NCBI GenBank assembly: GCA_027459725.1
Contig: DAIDHK010000001.1
Location: 195,411-259,410 of the forward strand
Length of the DNA: 64,000 nucleotides
Reading direction: 5' to 3'
Source of the DNA: Candidatus Levyibacteriota bacterium
GTDB lineage: Bacteria; Patescibacteriota; Microgenomatia; Levybacterales; UBA12049
A model generated the notes under the pieces. The model was not told where the DNA came from and did not search any database. It was given only the letters and a program-made list of their open reading frames with translations. This document shows, piece by piece, positions 18,840 through 27,919 of the stretch (position 1 is its first letter; each line of letters opens with the position of its first letter). The translations under genes were made by a program, and so were the position numbers.

Positions 18840-19430
18840 ATGTTATCAACATTTAAACCTTACATTGACAAAACAACACAAAAACTAGTTTCCCCTCTGG
18901 CCAACGTTTCTCCAAACCTATTAACTATTATTGGTATTGTACCATCAATACTCTTTTTTATTTTAATTTTAAATCATTTGTATGTCTGGGCATTAGTTAT
19001 TTTTTTAGGTAATGCTTTTGATACCCTGGATGGTGCGGTTGCTAAAAGATTTAATAAAAAAACTCCTTTTGGGGGATTTTTAGATTCAACATTTGACCGT
19101 ATCGCTGATTTTTTTATTATAATGAGTTTTGCTTTTGCGAATATAGTAAGGTGGCAAATCTGTGTTTTATTATTAGCTATTTCTTATCTGGTGAGTTATT
19201 CCAGATCTAGAGCTGAGTTAGCAAGTAGCACTAGACAAATATTTGCGGTAGGGTTGATTGAAAGAACTGAAAGGTTAACTGTTATCTTCTTATCTTTTTT
19301 TGGTTACTTTTTATTACCTAATTTTACTTTCGGTAACTTAAATCTACTGGAAATAGTATTTATCGTTCTAATTCTCTTATCAATTGTCACTTTTTTACAA
19401 CGCGTTGCCGCTGCCTATAAACGCCTTTGA
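18840..19430 (+). CDS. CDP-alcohol phosphatidyltransferase family protein (phospholipid head-group transferase)
   Basis: Signature D-G-x2-A-R-x8-G-x3-D-x3-D present (DTLDGAVAKRFNKKTPFGGFLDSTFDRIAD); multi-TM. Confidence 0.75.
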   Translation: MLSTFKPYIDKTTQKLVSPLANVSPNLLTIIGIVPSILFFILILNHLYVWALVIFLGNAFDTLDGAVAKRFNKKTPFGGFLDSTFDRIADFFIIMSFAFANIVRWQICVLLLAISYLVSYSRSRAELASSTRQIFAVGLIERTERLTVIFLSFFGYFLLPNFTFGNLNLLEIVFIVLILLSIVTFLQRVAAAYKRL

Positions 19431-19519
19431 TACTAAAATTAGCTCTAATCGAATTTCTTTAAACCGTTTATAGATAGAAAGCTGAAATATTGATGAGAGG
19501 TCTGTTTAAAATATGAATT

Positions 19520-21640
19520 TTATTCAACTCTTCCGGTGAAGGTGGATTTGGCCAGCATAGCTGACACAATATTTTGAGGAACTACATCATAATGACTTGG
19601 TTCCATGTAGTAACTTGCCCGACCTTGCGACATACTGCGTAACTGAGTGGCATAACCTGAGAGTTCGGCTAAAGGAACCAGAGCGTTAACTATAGTTGCA
19701 CGATTTTTTTCTTCTGTACCCATGATTTGAGCACGTTTAGCAGATAAATCACCAATAATATCTCCCATAAATTCAGATGGGGTAGTAACTTCCACCTTCA
19801 TAATAGGTTCAAGTAACTGCATACTAGCTCTTTTAGAGGCTGATTGCAGAGCCATAGAGGCAGCAATCTTAAAGGCCATTTCGGAAGAGTCGACATCATG
19901 GAAAGATCCATCATAACATGTTACTTTCACGTCAACCACGGGAAAACCTAACAGCATACCGTTTTCCAATGTTTCCTTTGAACCTTTTTCAACAGCTGTC
20001 ACAAATTCAGCCGGTATAGCTCCTCCCTTAATTGCATCTACAAACTCATTGCCCTCACCACGAGGCTTTGGTTCAACACGCAAAAAGCAATGTCCATATT
20101 GACCACGACCACCCGACTGACGAATATACTTACCTTCTCCTTCAGCCATTTGACTTACTGTCTCTTTGTATGCAACTTGAGGAGCACCTACGTTGGCCAA
20201 TACATTAAACTCCCGCTTCATACGATCAACCATAATTTCCAATTGTAACTCACCAATACCAGAGATGATGGTCTGGCCTGTCTCATGATTAGTCTTTACC
20301 GTAAAAGTTGGATCCTCTTCCATTAAGCGCTTTAGTGCATAACCCAATTTTTCTTGATCTGATTTTGTTTTTGGTTCGATTGCTAAAGAAATCACAGGTT
20401 CAGGGAAAGAAATTTTCTCCAATACAATTGGTTTAGCTTCATCACACAACGTATCACCGGTGGTAGTTTCTTTCAAACCAACAATAGCCACAATTTCACC
20501 CGCATAGGCTTCTTTAATTTCTTCTCTTTGATTGGCATGCATTAACAATAAACGTCCTACACGCTCTCTTTTGTCCTTTACACTATTATAAATATAAGTC
20601 CCAGCTTCAATCTTGCCGGAATATACACGATAATAAGTCAGCTTACCTACATGCGGATCATTTTGAATTTTGAAAGCAAGACCAGCTAATGATTCTTCTG
20701 GCACCAATTTTCTTGTTTCTTCTGAACCTGTTTTAGGATTATGGCCAACCACGTGATCTAAATCTTTTGGTGAAGGTAAGTAATCTATAACTGCATCCAA
20801 AAGTGGCTGTACTCCTTTGTTACGCAAACTGGTTCCCGCATAAATTGGTACTAATTTATAAGCGATTACTGCGGCACGTAAAGCATTTTTTAATTCTTCT
20901 AAACTTGGTTCTTCACCACCCAAATATTTCTCTAATAATGCATCATCTGTTTCACAAATTTTCTCAATTAATTTAGCTCTATGTTCTTCGACTTGAGCTT
21001 TCATTTCTTCAGGAATATTATCTGATTCATCATATTTTGCTCCTAGTTCATCCGACCCCCAAATCAAAACTTTGCGTGTTAGTAAATCCACGTTGCCTTT
21101 ATAAGAAGACTCTGCTCCAATTGGCAAGACCATTATCGCAGGGTTTGCACCTAAACGATTTTCAATGCTTTGCACTGTGGCAAGAAAATCAGCACCTAAT
21201 TTATCCATTTTGTTAACGAAACAAATACGCGGCACACGATATTTATCTGCCTGACGCCATACAGTCTCAGACTGTGATTGAACACCTTCTTCGGCATCCA
21301 GAACCGTAATACCCCCATCAAGTACGCGCAAAGAACGTTCTACCTCAGCAGTAAAGTCAACGTGACCTGGAGTATCAATGATATTAATACGATTACCTTT
21401 CCAAAAGGTAGTAGTAGCTGCAGAAACGATAGTAATACCTCTTTCTCTTTCTTGTTCCATCCAGTCCATCTGAGTATTACCTTCGTCAATGTCACCAATT
21501 TTATAAGTACGTCCGGTATAAAATAAAATGCGTTCGGTAGTAGTGGTTTTACCTGCATCAATGTGAGCAATGATGCCTATATTGCGGATTTTATCTAAAG
21601 GATAAATACGTGATTTGTCATCTGTCATAAAAAACGCCAA
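19520..21640 (-). CDS. fusA: Elongation factor G
   Basis: 706 aa; AHIDAGKTT P-loop, DTPGHVDF, NKMD motifs; full five-domain length. Confidence 0.97.
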   Translation of the reverse strand: MAFFMTDDKSRIYPLDKIRNIGIIAHIDAGKTTTTERILFYTGRTYKIGDIDEGNTQMDWMEQERERGITIVSAATTTFWKGNRINIIDTPGHVDFTAEVERSLRVLDGGITVLDAEEGVQSQSETVWRQADKYRVPRICFVNKMDKLGADFLATVQSIENRLGANPAIMVLPIGAESSYKGNVDLLTRKVLIWGSDELGAKYDESDNIPEEMKAQVEEHRAKLIEKICETDDALLEKYLGGEEPSLEELKNALRAAVIAYKLVPIYAGTSLRNKGVQPLLDAVIDYLPSPKDLDHVVGHNPKTGSEETRKLVPEESLAGLAFKIQNDPHVGKLTYYRVYSGKIEAGTYIYNSVKDKRERVGRLLLMHANQREEIKEAYAGEIVAIVGLKETTTGDTLCDEAKPIVLEKISFPEPVISLAIEPKTKSDQEKLGYALKRLMEEDPTFTVKTNHETGQTIISGIGELQLEIMVDRMKREFNVLANVGAPQVAYKETVSQMAEGEGKYIRQSGGRGQYGHCFLRVEPKPRGEGNEFVDAIKGGAIPAEFVTAVEKGSKETLENGMLLGFPVVDVKVTCYDGSFHDVDSSEMAFKIAASMALQSASKRASMQLLEPIMKVEVTTPSEFMGDIIGDLSAKRAQIMGTEEKNRATIVNALVPLAELSGYATQLRSMSQGRASYYMEPSHYDVVPQNIVSAMLAKSTFTGRVE

Positions 21641-21750
21641 AAGTTAGGCTCTTTACTATTCCTTCCTTTTGACATAAATAGTATATCATATTTTCAATAG
21701 CTATGCCACCAAGTAAACTACAATTTAAAGACTTATAAGTGCTTTGAGCT

Positions 21751-21779
21751 TTGACAAACTCACCTAAACTTTCTAGACT
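21751..21779 (+). promoter_or_regulatory. Candidate promoter (TTGACA-17-TAGACT) for the 21794 gene cluster
   Basis: -35 TTGACA 21751..21756, 17-nt spacer, -10 TAGACT 21774..21779, 15 nt before ATG. Confidence 0.35.
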
Positions 21780-21793
21780 AAATTAGGACCTGT

Positions 21794-22315
21794 ATGAGTT
21801 CAATCAATTTCTTTCAAGAGCAACAAAATAATATTATTGATCGTCTGGTGCAATGGACACTAACGTATGGACGTATGGTTATCATGGTGACATATTCTGT
21901 AGCCTTAGTTGCATTTCTTTATCGATTTACTGTCGATTACAGACTTACTAACTTACATGATCAGATTAAAAATGATCAAATAATAGTCAATGCAATGTCC
22001 GATTCAGAATCGTTATTCCGTAATTTACAAGCCCGACTTCAGCTGATAGGACAAATAAATAGCACTTCCGCTATCACTGTTAACCGGTTAAAAGATCTAA
22101 TTGAAATTTCACAAGGTAATATTACATTTACTGATGTTTCTATATCAGATAAATCTGAGTTAGCAGTTATTTCTACGAATTCAATTGAACAGCTTAATTC
22201 ATTTGTAACAAATATTAAACAACTTAAATATGTAACAGATATTAATATTGAGAATATTCAAAACAAGATTTCGACTGGACAGGTCAATGCCGTTTTAAAT
22301 ATAACAACCAATTAA
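21794..22315 (+). CDS. Hypothetical bitopic membrane protein (PilN-like topology)
   Basis: Short cytoplasmic N-terminus, single TM near residues 25-45, then periplasmic coiled-coil-like region; identity uncertain. Confidence 0.35.
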   Translation: MSSINFFQEQQNNIIDRLVQWTLTYGRMVIMVTYSVALVAFLYRFTVDYRLTNLHDQIKNDQIIVNAMSDSESLFRNLQARLQLIGQINSTSAITVNRLKDLIEISQGNITFTDVSISDKSELAVISTNSIEQLNSFVTNIKQLKYVTDINIENIQNKISTGQVNAVLNITTN

Positions 22316-22335
22316 ATAAAAACTCGTAAATCAAT

Positions 22336-23004
22336 ATGCCAGACACAAAACCTACAAATCCAGAACAAGTTAAACTCAAGACACAACACGAAAAAAACCT
22401 GGAATCTATTCATAGGCGAAGGTATTTATCTACTATTCATATTTTGCCTGATTTACGTAATAAGAAGAATCAGGATTATTTAGAAACATTTTTGACTTTA
22501 ACTGCCTTAATTTTAGCCGCAATTTTTGCCATCTACCCTACCTTATCAACTATTGTAGATTTACAAAAACAACTTAGCGATGCGGAACAAATATTCCAGC
22601 AGCTCCAGACAAAAAAAGACGCCCTGCATTCACTGCAAACTCAATATACCAACTTACTGACTCAGCCTGTATTTAATGAAATATTTTATGCAATTCCTAA
22701 ATCACCACAACTTGAGAATCTAGCTGCTGATATACAGTCAATCGGTAAAGAGAATCATCTGGTACAAAAATCTATTTCTATCTCACCAGTTAAAGATGCT
22801 ACGAACTCTAATTTACCAGCTAATGTATCAACCTTTTCTGTTGCTGTATCTTTTGAAGGAAGATACCAGGACATGCAAAGTTTCCTTAATCAGGTAGTTG
22901 ATATTCAAAGAATAGTGACAATTAAGTCTGTGGAGATCACCAAAAATCCTGCTGATAATGCATTAGCTTTAACTGTATTATTATATGGATACTCAGTAAA
23001 TTAA
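22336..23004 (+). CDS. Hypothetical bitopic membrane protein with coiled coil (PilO-like topology)
   Basis: TM near residues 50-70 followed by heptad-rich segment (LQKQLSDAEQIFQQLQTKKDALHSLQ). Confidence 0.35.
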   Translation: MPDTKPTNPEQVKLKTQHEKNLESIHRRRYLSTIHILPDLRNKKNQDYLETFLTLTALILAAIFAIYPTLSTIVDLQKQLSDAEQIFQQLQTKKDALHSLQTQYTNLLTQPVFNEIFYAIPKSPQLENLAADIQSIGKENHLVQKSISISPVKDATNSNLPANVSTFSVAVSFEGRYQDMQSFLNQVVDIQRIVTIKSVEITKNPADNALALTVLLYGYSVN

Positions 23005-23010
23005 ACTATT

Positions 23011-23394
23011 ATGAAAATACAAAAGAATATAATATTCTTGCTCTATTCAACCCTTTTTTTTGTAATCATTTGGATTATTTCCAGTATTTACCATATTTTT
23101 TCTACTTCAACTATAAGCCCTGACCTTCAGCTAATTGTTCAACCTATCCCAGACTCGTTCAGTCAATCGGTAATACACCTGGTACAGGAGAAAAAACAGG
23201 TTACTCCAATATATTCAATTGCAAATACAATAGCATCTACCTCAGCTAATTTATCACCTGTACTTCCTATACCTCCTACTTCATCAACCCTCTTAAATGA
23301 TCTGAATACTGTAGAGAAGAATGCGACAGCTTCATCCAATCAAACTCCTAATTCTGCACCAATTGTTATAACGCCATCAGGTCCATTACCATGA
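23011..23394 (+). CDS. Hypothetical small membrane-anchored protein
   Basis: 127 aa; N-terminal TM then Pro/Ser-rich tail; overlaps next gene by 4 nt. Confidence 0.35.
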   Translation: MKIQKNIIFLLYSTLFFVIIWIISSIYHIFSTSTISPDLQLIVQPIPDSFSQSVIHLVQEKKQVTPIYSIANTIASTSANLSPVLPIPPTSSTLLNDLNTVEKNATASSNQTPNSAPIVITPSGPLP

Positions 23395-24842
23395 AAAAAT
23401 CGTTTTTAGATAAACAGATACCTGGATTATTTCTAGTTCTTATATTAATTTTTGGTTTCTTTACCGTATCTTTTGTTACTCAAAATAAAGTAAATCCTTT
23501 CAGTCATGCTTCGGGTAGCGGACAGCCTGAAAACATACGCATAACCAACTTAAGCGCTACCAGTTTTACCATAAGTTACACAACTACCCAAGCTACGAGC
23601 GGAACTATTTCTTATCAACAAGCAGGGCAGACCAGCAGCGTAGAGTTTGATGATAGAGATGTCAACAATGCATCAAATAATTATAAATTACACTATTTCA
23701 CTCTAAAAAATCTACAACCAGATACAAATTATTTTTTTAGCATCTTATCTGCAGGCAATACATACGATAATAACGGGCATCCCTACTCGATAAAGACTCT
23801 TTCTCCTCCAACCAGTAAGCTTTCTCCTCAAAATATACAAGGAAAGGTTATAATTCCCGCCTCTATAGACCAGGAAGCTATAGTTTATGCTACTGCTTCT
23901 GGAGCACAGGATTTATCGTCTTTGGTATCAAATAATGGAAACTATAGCTTGAATTGTTCAAACTTTATTAGCTCTAATAATAATAAACTCACTTTATCCC
24001 AGACCAAAGTCTACCTGCTTGTCCAGGCGGATGGTCAACAGACAACCCTTACACTCCCCAATGGACTGGCACAAACTGTCCCATCAATAGTAATTGGCAA
24101 CAATTATGATTTTTCTTCCATGCCAAACCCAACGTCGACTAACATTGCATCATCTTCTGGTCTACCAACTGCTACTTTTACAAAAACCATACAGAAGAAT
24201 GTGAGTATAACCAGTCCTGCACAAGGACAAGCTTTTGCCGACCAGCAACCAACTTTTGCGGGAACAGCTGCTCCTAATACACTGGTGACAATAACTATTC
24301 ACTCTTTCAATGCCATAACCACCACAGTAAATTCAGATAAGTATGGTAATTGGCAATATATCCCCTCGGCAAATTTGAGTCCAGGTCAACATACTATTAC
24401 AATCACTGCAGTAGATAATTTAGGTTTTTCTCATACTGTTACATCTACTTTTTATGTCTATGCTTCCGGAGGTCAATTTTTGGTACCTTCTGTTGAGATA
24501 TCTCCAACTCTTACCCCAACTTCACCTCCTACTGATACTCCAACTGTTTCACCAACTTTAGCTGTAACAGTGACACCTAATCCATCTCCTGCCACGATAA
24601 CACCTACTGCAGTTATCACACCTACTGCCACTATTACTCCTAGTGCCACACCAACTCTAACTCCAACAGCAACTACTGCACCGACAACTGTTATTGCTCA
24701 GACAAATACCACTATCACCCCGCGCCTTACCGGAACACCGGTTACAGGAAGCGATTCGGTACTTACTAGTATGATAATTGCATTAATTCCTGTTATACTT
24801 GGCGGGCTGCTCATTTACCTATCAAAAGGTGTTATCAGATAA
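23391..24842 (+). CDS. Cell-surface protein with fibronectin type III-like and bacterial Ig-like domains, Thr/Pro-rich stalk and C-terminal TM anchor
   Basis: Signal anchor; FN3/PAP-N-like segment (IRITNLSATSFTISYTT...LQPDTNYFFSI); Ig-like segment; TP-repeat linker (about 24480..24720); C-terminal hydrophobic helix. Confidence 0.55.
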   Translation: MKKSFLDKQIPGLFLVLILIFGFFTVSFVTQNKVNPFSHASGSGQPENIRITNLSATSFTISYTTTQATSGTISYQQAGQTSSVEFDDRDVNNASNNYKLHYFTLKNLQPDTNYFFSILSAGNTYDNNGHPYSIKTLSPPTSKLSPQNIQGKVIIPASIDQEAIVYATASGAQDLSSLVSNNGNYSLNCSNFISSNNNKLTLSQTKVYLLVQADGQQTTLTLPNGLAQTVPSIVIGNNYDFSSMPNPTSTNIASSSGLPTATFTKTIQKNVSITSPAQGQAFADQQPTFAGTAAPNTLVTITIHSFNAITTTVNSDKYGNWQYIPSANLSPGQHTITITAVDNLGFSHTVTSTFYVYASGGQFLVPSVEISPTLTPTSPPTDTPTVSPTLAVTVTPNPSPATITPTAVITPTATITPSATPTLTPTATTAPTTVIAQTNTTITPRLTGTPVTGSDSVLTSMIIALIPVILGGLLIYLSKGVIR

Positions 24843-24851
24843 TATCCAAAC

Positions 24852-26141
24852 TTGATTATGAAAATTGCTATTATCGGTGCCGGCTTTACCGGCTTGACTG
24901 CTGCTTATCGTTTGGCTCAGGAAGGAAATGATATAACTATATTCGAAAAAGACCAGAAACCTGGCGGATTAGCACTTGGTTATAAAGAAAAAGGTTGGGA
25001 ATGGAGTCTGGAGTATTTCTATCATCACTGGTTTACAAATGATGATTCAGTACTTGGCTTAGCCAAAGAATTAAAATATCCTGTATTAACGAAAAGACCA
25101 AAAACTTCTTCTTTAATTGATAATCGTATATATCAGCTTGATTCACCGTCAACACTTCTTTCATTTTCTAAACTTTCACTACTCGAAAGAATTCAAATGG
25201 GTTTAGTATTGGCTTTTTTACGTTATAATCCTTTTTGGAATTTATTTGAGAATATCACTGCTGCTTCTTTCTTAAATAAAACAATCGGAAGAAAAGCTTA
25301 CCTTATTCTCTGGCAACCATTACTAGTTAGTAAATTTGGAGAGTATGCAGACAAAATTGCTCTGACATGGTTTTGGTCCCGTATAAAAAAACGTACTACT
25401 TACTTAGCCTATCCTCAAGGAGGATTTTTGCATTTTGCCCAACACCTTGCAGATGCGGTTTTGAATAAAGGAGGGAAAATATATTTTCAGGCAGAACTCA
25501 ACCAGGTCAAAAGCGATGGCGTTCCATCCATATCCTATACTATTAATAATCAATCAAAAATAGAAAATTTTGACAAAGTTATAATAACGTTGCCTTCATT
25601 TGCTTTTATCAAGATTGCCCCCCAATTACCCGAAAACTACAAAAAATCACTAACTAACTTAAAAGGCATTGGAGCCGTTGTTTTAGTATTACGCTTTAAG
25701 AAAAAGTTTTTTGCAGATGATACATACTGGTTAAACATTTGTGATACTCAAGCACCAGTACTTGCTGTGGTAGAACATACCAATTTTATAGATAAGAAAC
25801 ATTACAATAACGAACATCTAGTATATTTAGGTAATTACTTGCCTAATAATCACAGGTTTTTCACCATGAGTGAAAAACAAATCATGTCTGAATTTGATAA
25901 CTTTTTAACAAAAATAAATCCTGATTATAAAAAAGATCTAATTGCAATCAGAAAATTCTCTACGCCTTTTGCCCAGCCAATCTTCTTTAAAAACTACGGG
26001 AAGATGATACCTACTTTCACTACACCTTTACAAAATATATATCTGGCTAATATGCAACAAGTTTATCCCTGGGACAGAGGGACAAACTATGCAGTTGAAC
26101 TAGGAGAAAAAATAGCGAGACTTGTTACTGACTCTCATTAG
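24852..26141 (+). CDS. FAD/NAD(P)-binding oxidoreductase (amine oxidase / protoporphyrinogen oxidase-like fold)
   Basis: N-terminal Rossmann dinucleotide motif IAIIGAGFTGLTAAYRLAQEG...EKDQKPGGLA. Confidence 0.6.
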   Translation: MIMKIAIIGAGFTGLTAAYRLAQEGNDITIFEKDQKPGGLALGYKEKGWEWSLEYFYHHWFTNDDSVLGLAKELKYPVLTKRPKTSSLIDNRIYQLDSPSTLLSFSKLSLLERIQMGLVLAFLRYNPFWNLFENITAASFLNKTIGRKAYLILWQPLLVSKFGEYADKIALTWFWSRIKKRTTYLAYPQGGFLHFAQHLADAVLNKGGKIYFQAELNQVKSDGVPSISYTINNQSKIENFDKVIITLPSFAFIKIAPQLPENYKKSLTNLKGIGAVVLVLRFKKKFFADDTYWLNICDTQAPVLAVVEHTNFIDKKHYNNEHLVYLGNYLPNNHRFFTMSEKQIMSEFDNFLTKINPDYKKDLIAIRKFSTPFAQPIFFKNYGKMIPTFTTPLQNIYLANMQQVYPWDRGTNYAVELGEKIARLVTDSH

Positions 26142-26176
26142 CCTTACATTTAAATATTTTTAAGTACAAATCAACC

Positions 26177-27919
26177 ATGCATAAACTGTTCGTTAAAAAT
26201 TACCAATTTTTTATAATTACAGTTCTATTAGTAATTGGTTTTATCTTAAGATTTTATAATCTTAATTGGGGAGCTCCTTTTTATTTTCATCCTGATGAAA
26301 GAAACATTGCATCATCTATTTCAGAACTGAATTTCCCAAATCAAATGAACCCTCATTTTTTTGCTTACGGTTCCTTACCTATCTATTTAGTATATTTTAT
26401 CGGACTGCTAATGAATCTTTTTATTAACTGTCATATATCCACTTTTAATTGTACCCAGATTAATTTTACTCAAGCAATTTTATTGCTGAGAACTATCGCA
26501 GCGGTCAGCAGTTTATTATTAATTCCTTTATCTTTTTACATTGGCAATTATCTTAAAAACAGGCCCGTTGGGTATATGGCGGCATTCTTAACAACTTTTA
26601 GTGTGGGATTAATACAGTTCGCCCATTTCGGCACTTATGAAATGTGGCTAACAATCTTTTCTACCTTAATGTTTGGTACTTGTCTTTGGTACTACAAAAC
26701 TAATAAGCTCCTACCCTTTATTTTAATGGCTCTAACAACAAGTATACTTTGTGCAAGTAAGGTTACATCTTTTGTATTACTACCCATTCCACTTCTGCTT
26801 ATTATCAAACTATCAATTGAAGAGTTTAAAATTTATAAGTTTATAAGACATAAAGTCTTTCATTCTTTTTTTGTTCTCCTAAAGTTGATACTTTTTTTAT
26901 TCATTGTTGCGGATATTTATATTCTGACTAATCCATATACATTTCTTGATAAACCCTCCTTTTTAAATAGTATGCATTATGAATCTGGAGTAGCTCTGGG
27001 TACCGAACCAGTCTTTTATACAGGAGAATTTTATAATACTACTCCTGTTATCTTTCAGTTTATTCACGTATTTCCTTTTCTACTAAATCCTTTAATAACG
27101 GTAATTTTCCTTTTTTCCTTCATTTATATTTGTTATCTGATAGTTAATCCTTATCTAAGTCATATATCTCTTTTAAATTTAAATTCTAAACCATTTAGAA
27201 ATAGAAGATCTCAATTCAATTATTTTTTAGTTATCATTTTTTTTCTGCTAATATTTCTGTCTCAAGCCTTCTTCTTTGTTAAATGGACTAGATATATGGT
27301 TCCAACATTGCCTTTTATATATCTGATTGTTTCAATATTCCTATTTGACTTTTATACATATGCTCAAAAAAAATGGTCTAATATACGGATAACTACAGTC
27401 TATGTGGGAGTTTTGGCGTGCACTGTTATTTTCGCTTTAAGTTATATAATCAGTGTATATGTAGAACCTGATACCCGTCTGCAGGCTTTACAAGCAGCAA
27501 AAGAAATTTTACCTTCAGACACCAATATCCTAAGTGAGGTGTACGATTTAGGTATAATTCCTTTTAATAATTATTATACTAATATCAAATTATATAATTT
27601 TTATGATTTAGATAATCCTTCTTCTCAAACTAATTCAACAACTTTAAAAAATGCTTTACAGGCAGCTCAAGCAATAATTTTGCCTAGTCAACGAATTATG
27701 AAAGTAAGAATAGATAATCCACAAAAATTTCCTAAAGGACACAATTTATATTCCAGATTGTTTTCTGGACAGCTAGGATTTAAACTTATTTATGAGACTC
27801 CTTGTGATATATTTTGTAAGATTACGTATTTGGGTAGTCCTGTTTTCTCCTATGAAGAAACAGCTAGTGTATTTGATCGTCCAACCGTATTTATTTTTAA
27901 GAAAATTAAACAAAAATGA
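26177..27919 (+). CDS. Polytopic GT-C-fold membrane glycosyltransferase-like protein (HPDER-motif paralog A)
   Basis: About 12 TM helices; periplasmic loop-1 motif FHPDER; soluble C-terminal domain ending DRPTVFIFKK; paralogous to 27916..29724. Confidence 0.5.
   Translation: MHKLFVKNYQFFIITVLLVIGFILRFYNLNWGAPFYFHPDERNIASSISELNFPNQMNPHFFAYGSLPIYLVYFIGLLMNLFINCHISTFNCTQINFTQAILLLRTIAAVSSLLLIPLSFYIGNYLKNRPVGYMAAFLTTFSVGLIQFAHFGTYEMWLTIFSTLMFGTCLWYYKTNKLLPFILMALTTSILCASKVTSFVLLPIPLLLIIKLSIEEFKIYKFIRHKVFHSFFVLLKLILFLFIVADIYILTNPYTFLDKPSFLNSMHYESGVALGTEPVFYTGEFYNTTPVIFQFIHVFPFLLNPLITVIFLFSFIYICYLIVNPYLSHISLLNLNSKPFRNRRSQFNYFLVIIFFLLIFLSQAFFFVKWTRYMVPTLPFIYLIVSIFLFDFYTYAQKKWSNIRITTVYVGVLACTVIFALSYIISVYVEPDTRLQALQAAKEILPSDTNILSEVYDLGIIPFNNYYTNIKLYNFYDLDNPSSQTNSTTLKNALQAAQAIILPSQRIMKVRIDNPQKFPKGHNLYSRLFSGQLGFKLIYETPCDIFCKITYLGSPVFSYEETASVFDRPTVFIFKKIKQK

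Noticed and set aside
24480-24720. Thr-Pro-rich tandem-like nucleotide repeats
   Set aside because: They encode the TPT/TPS linker of the FN3-Ig surface protein; not a CRISPR array or satellite (irregular units, in-frame coding).
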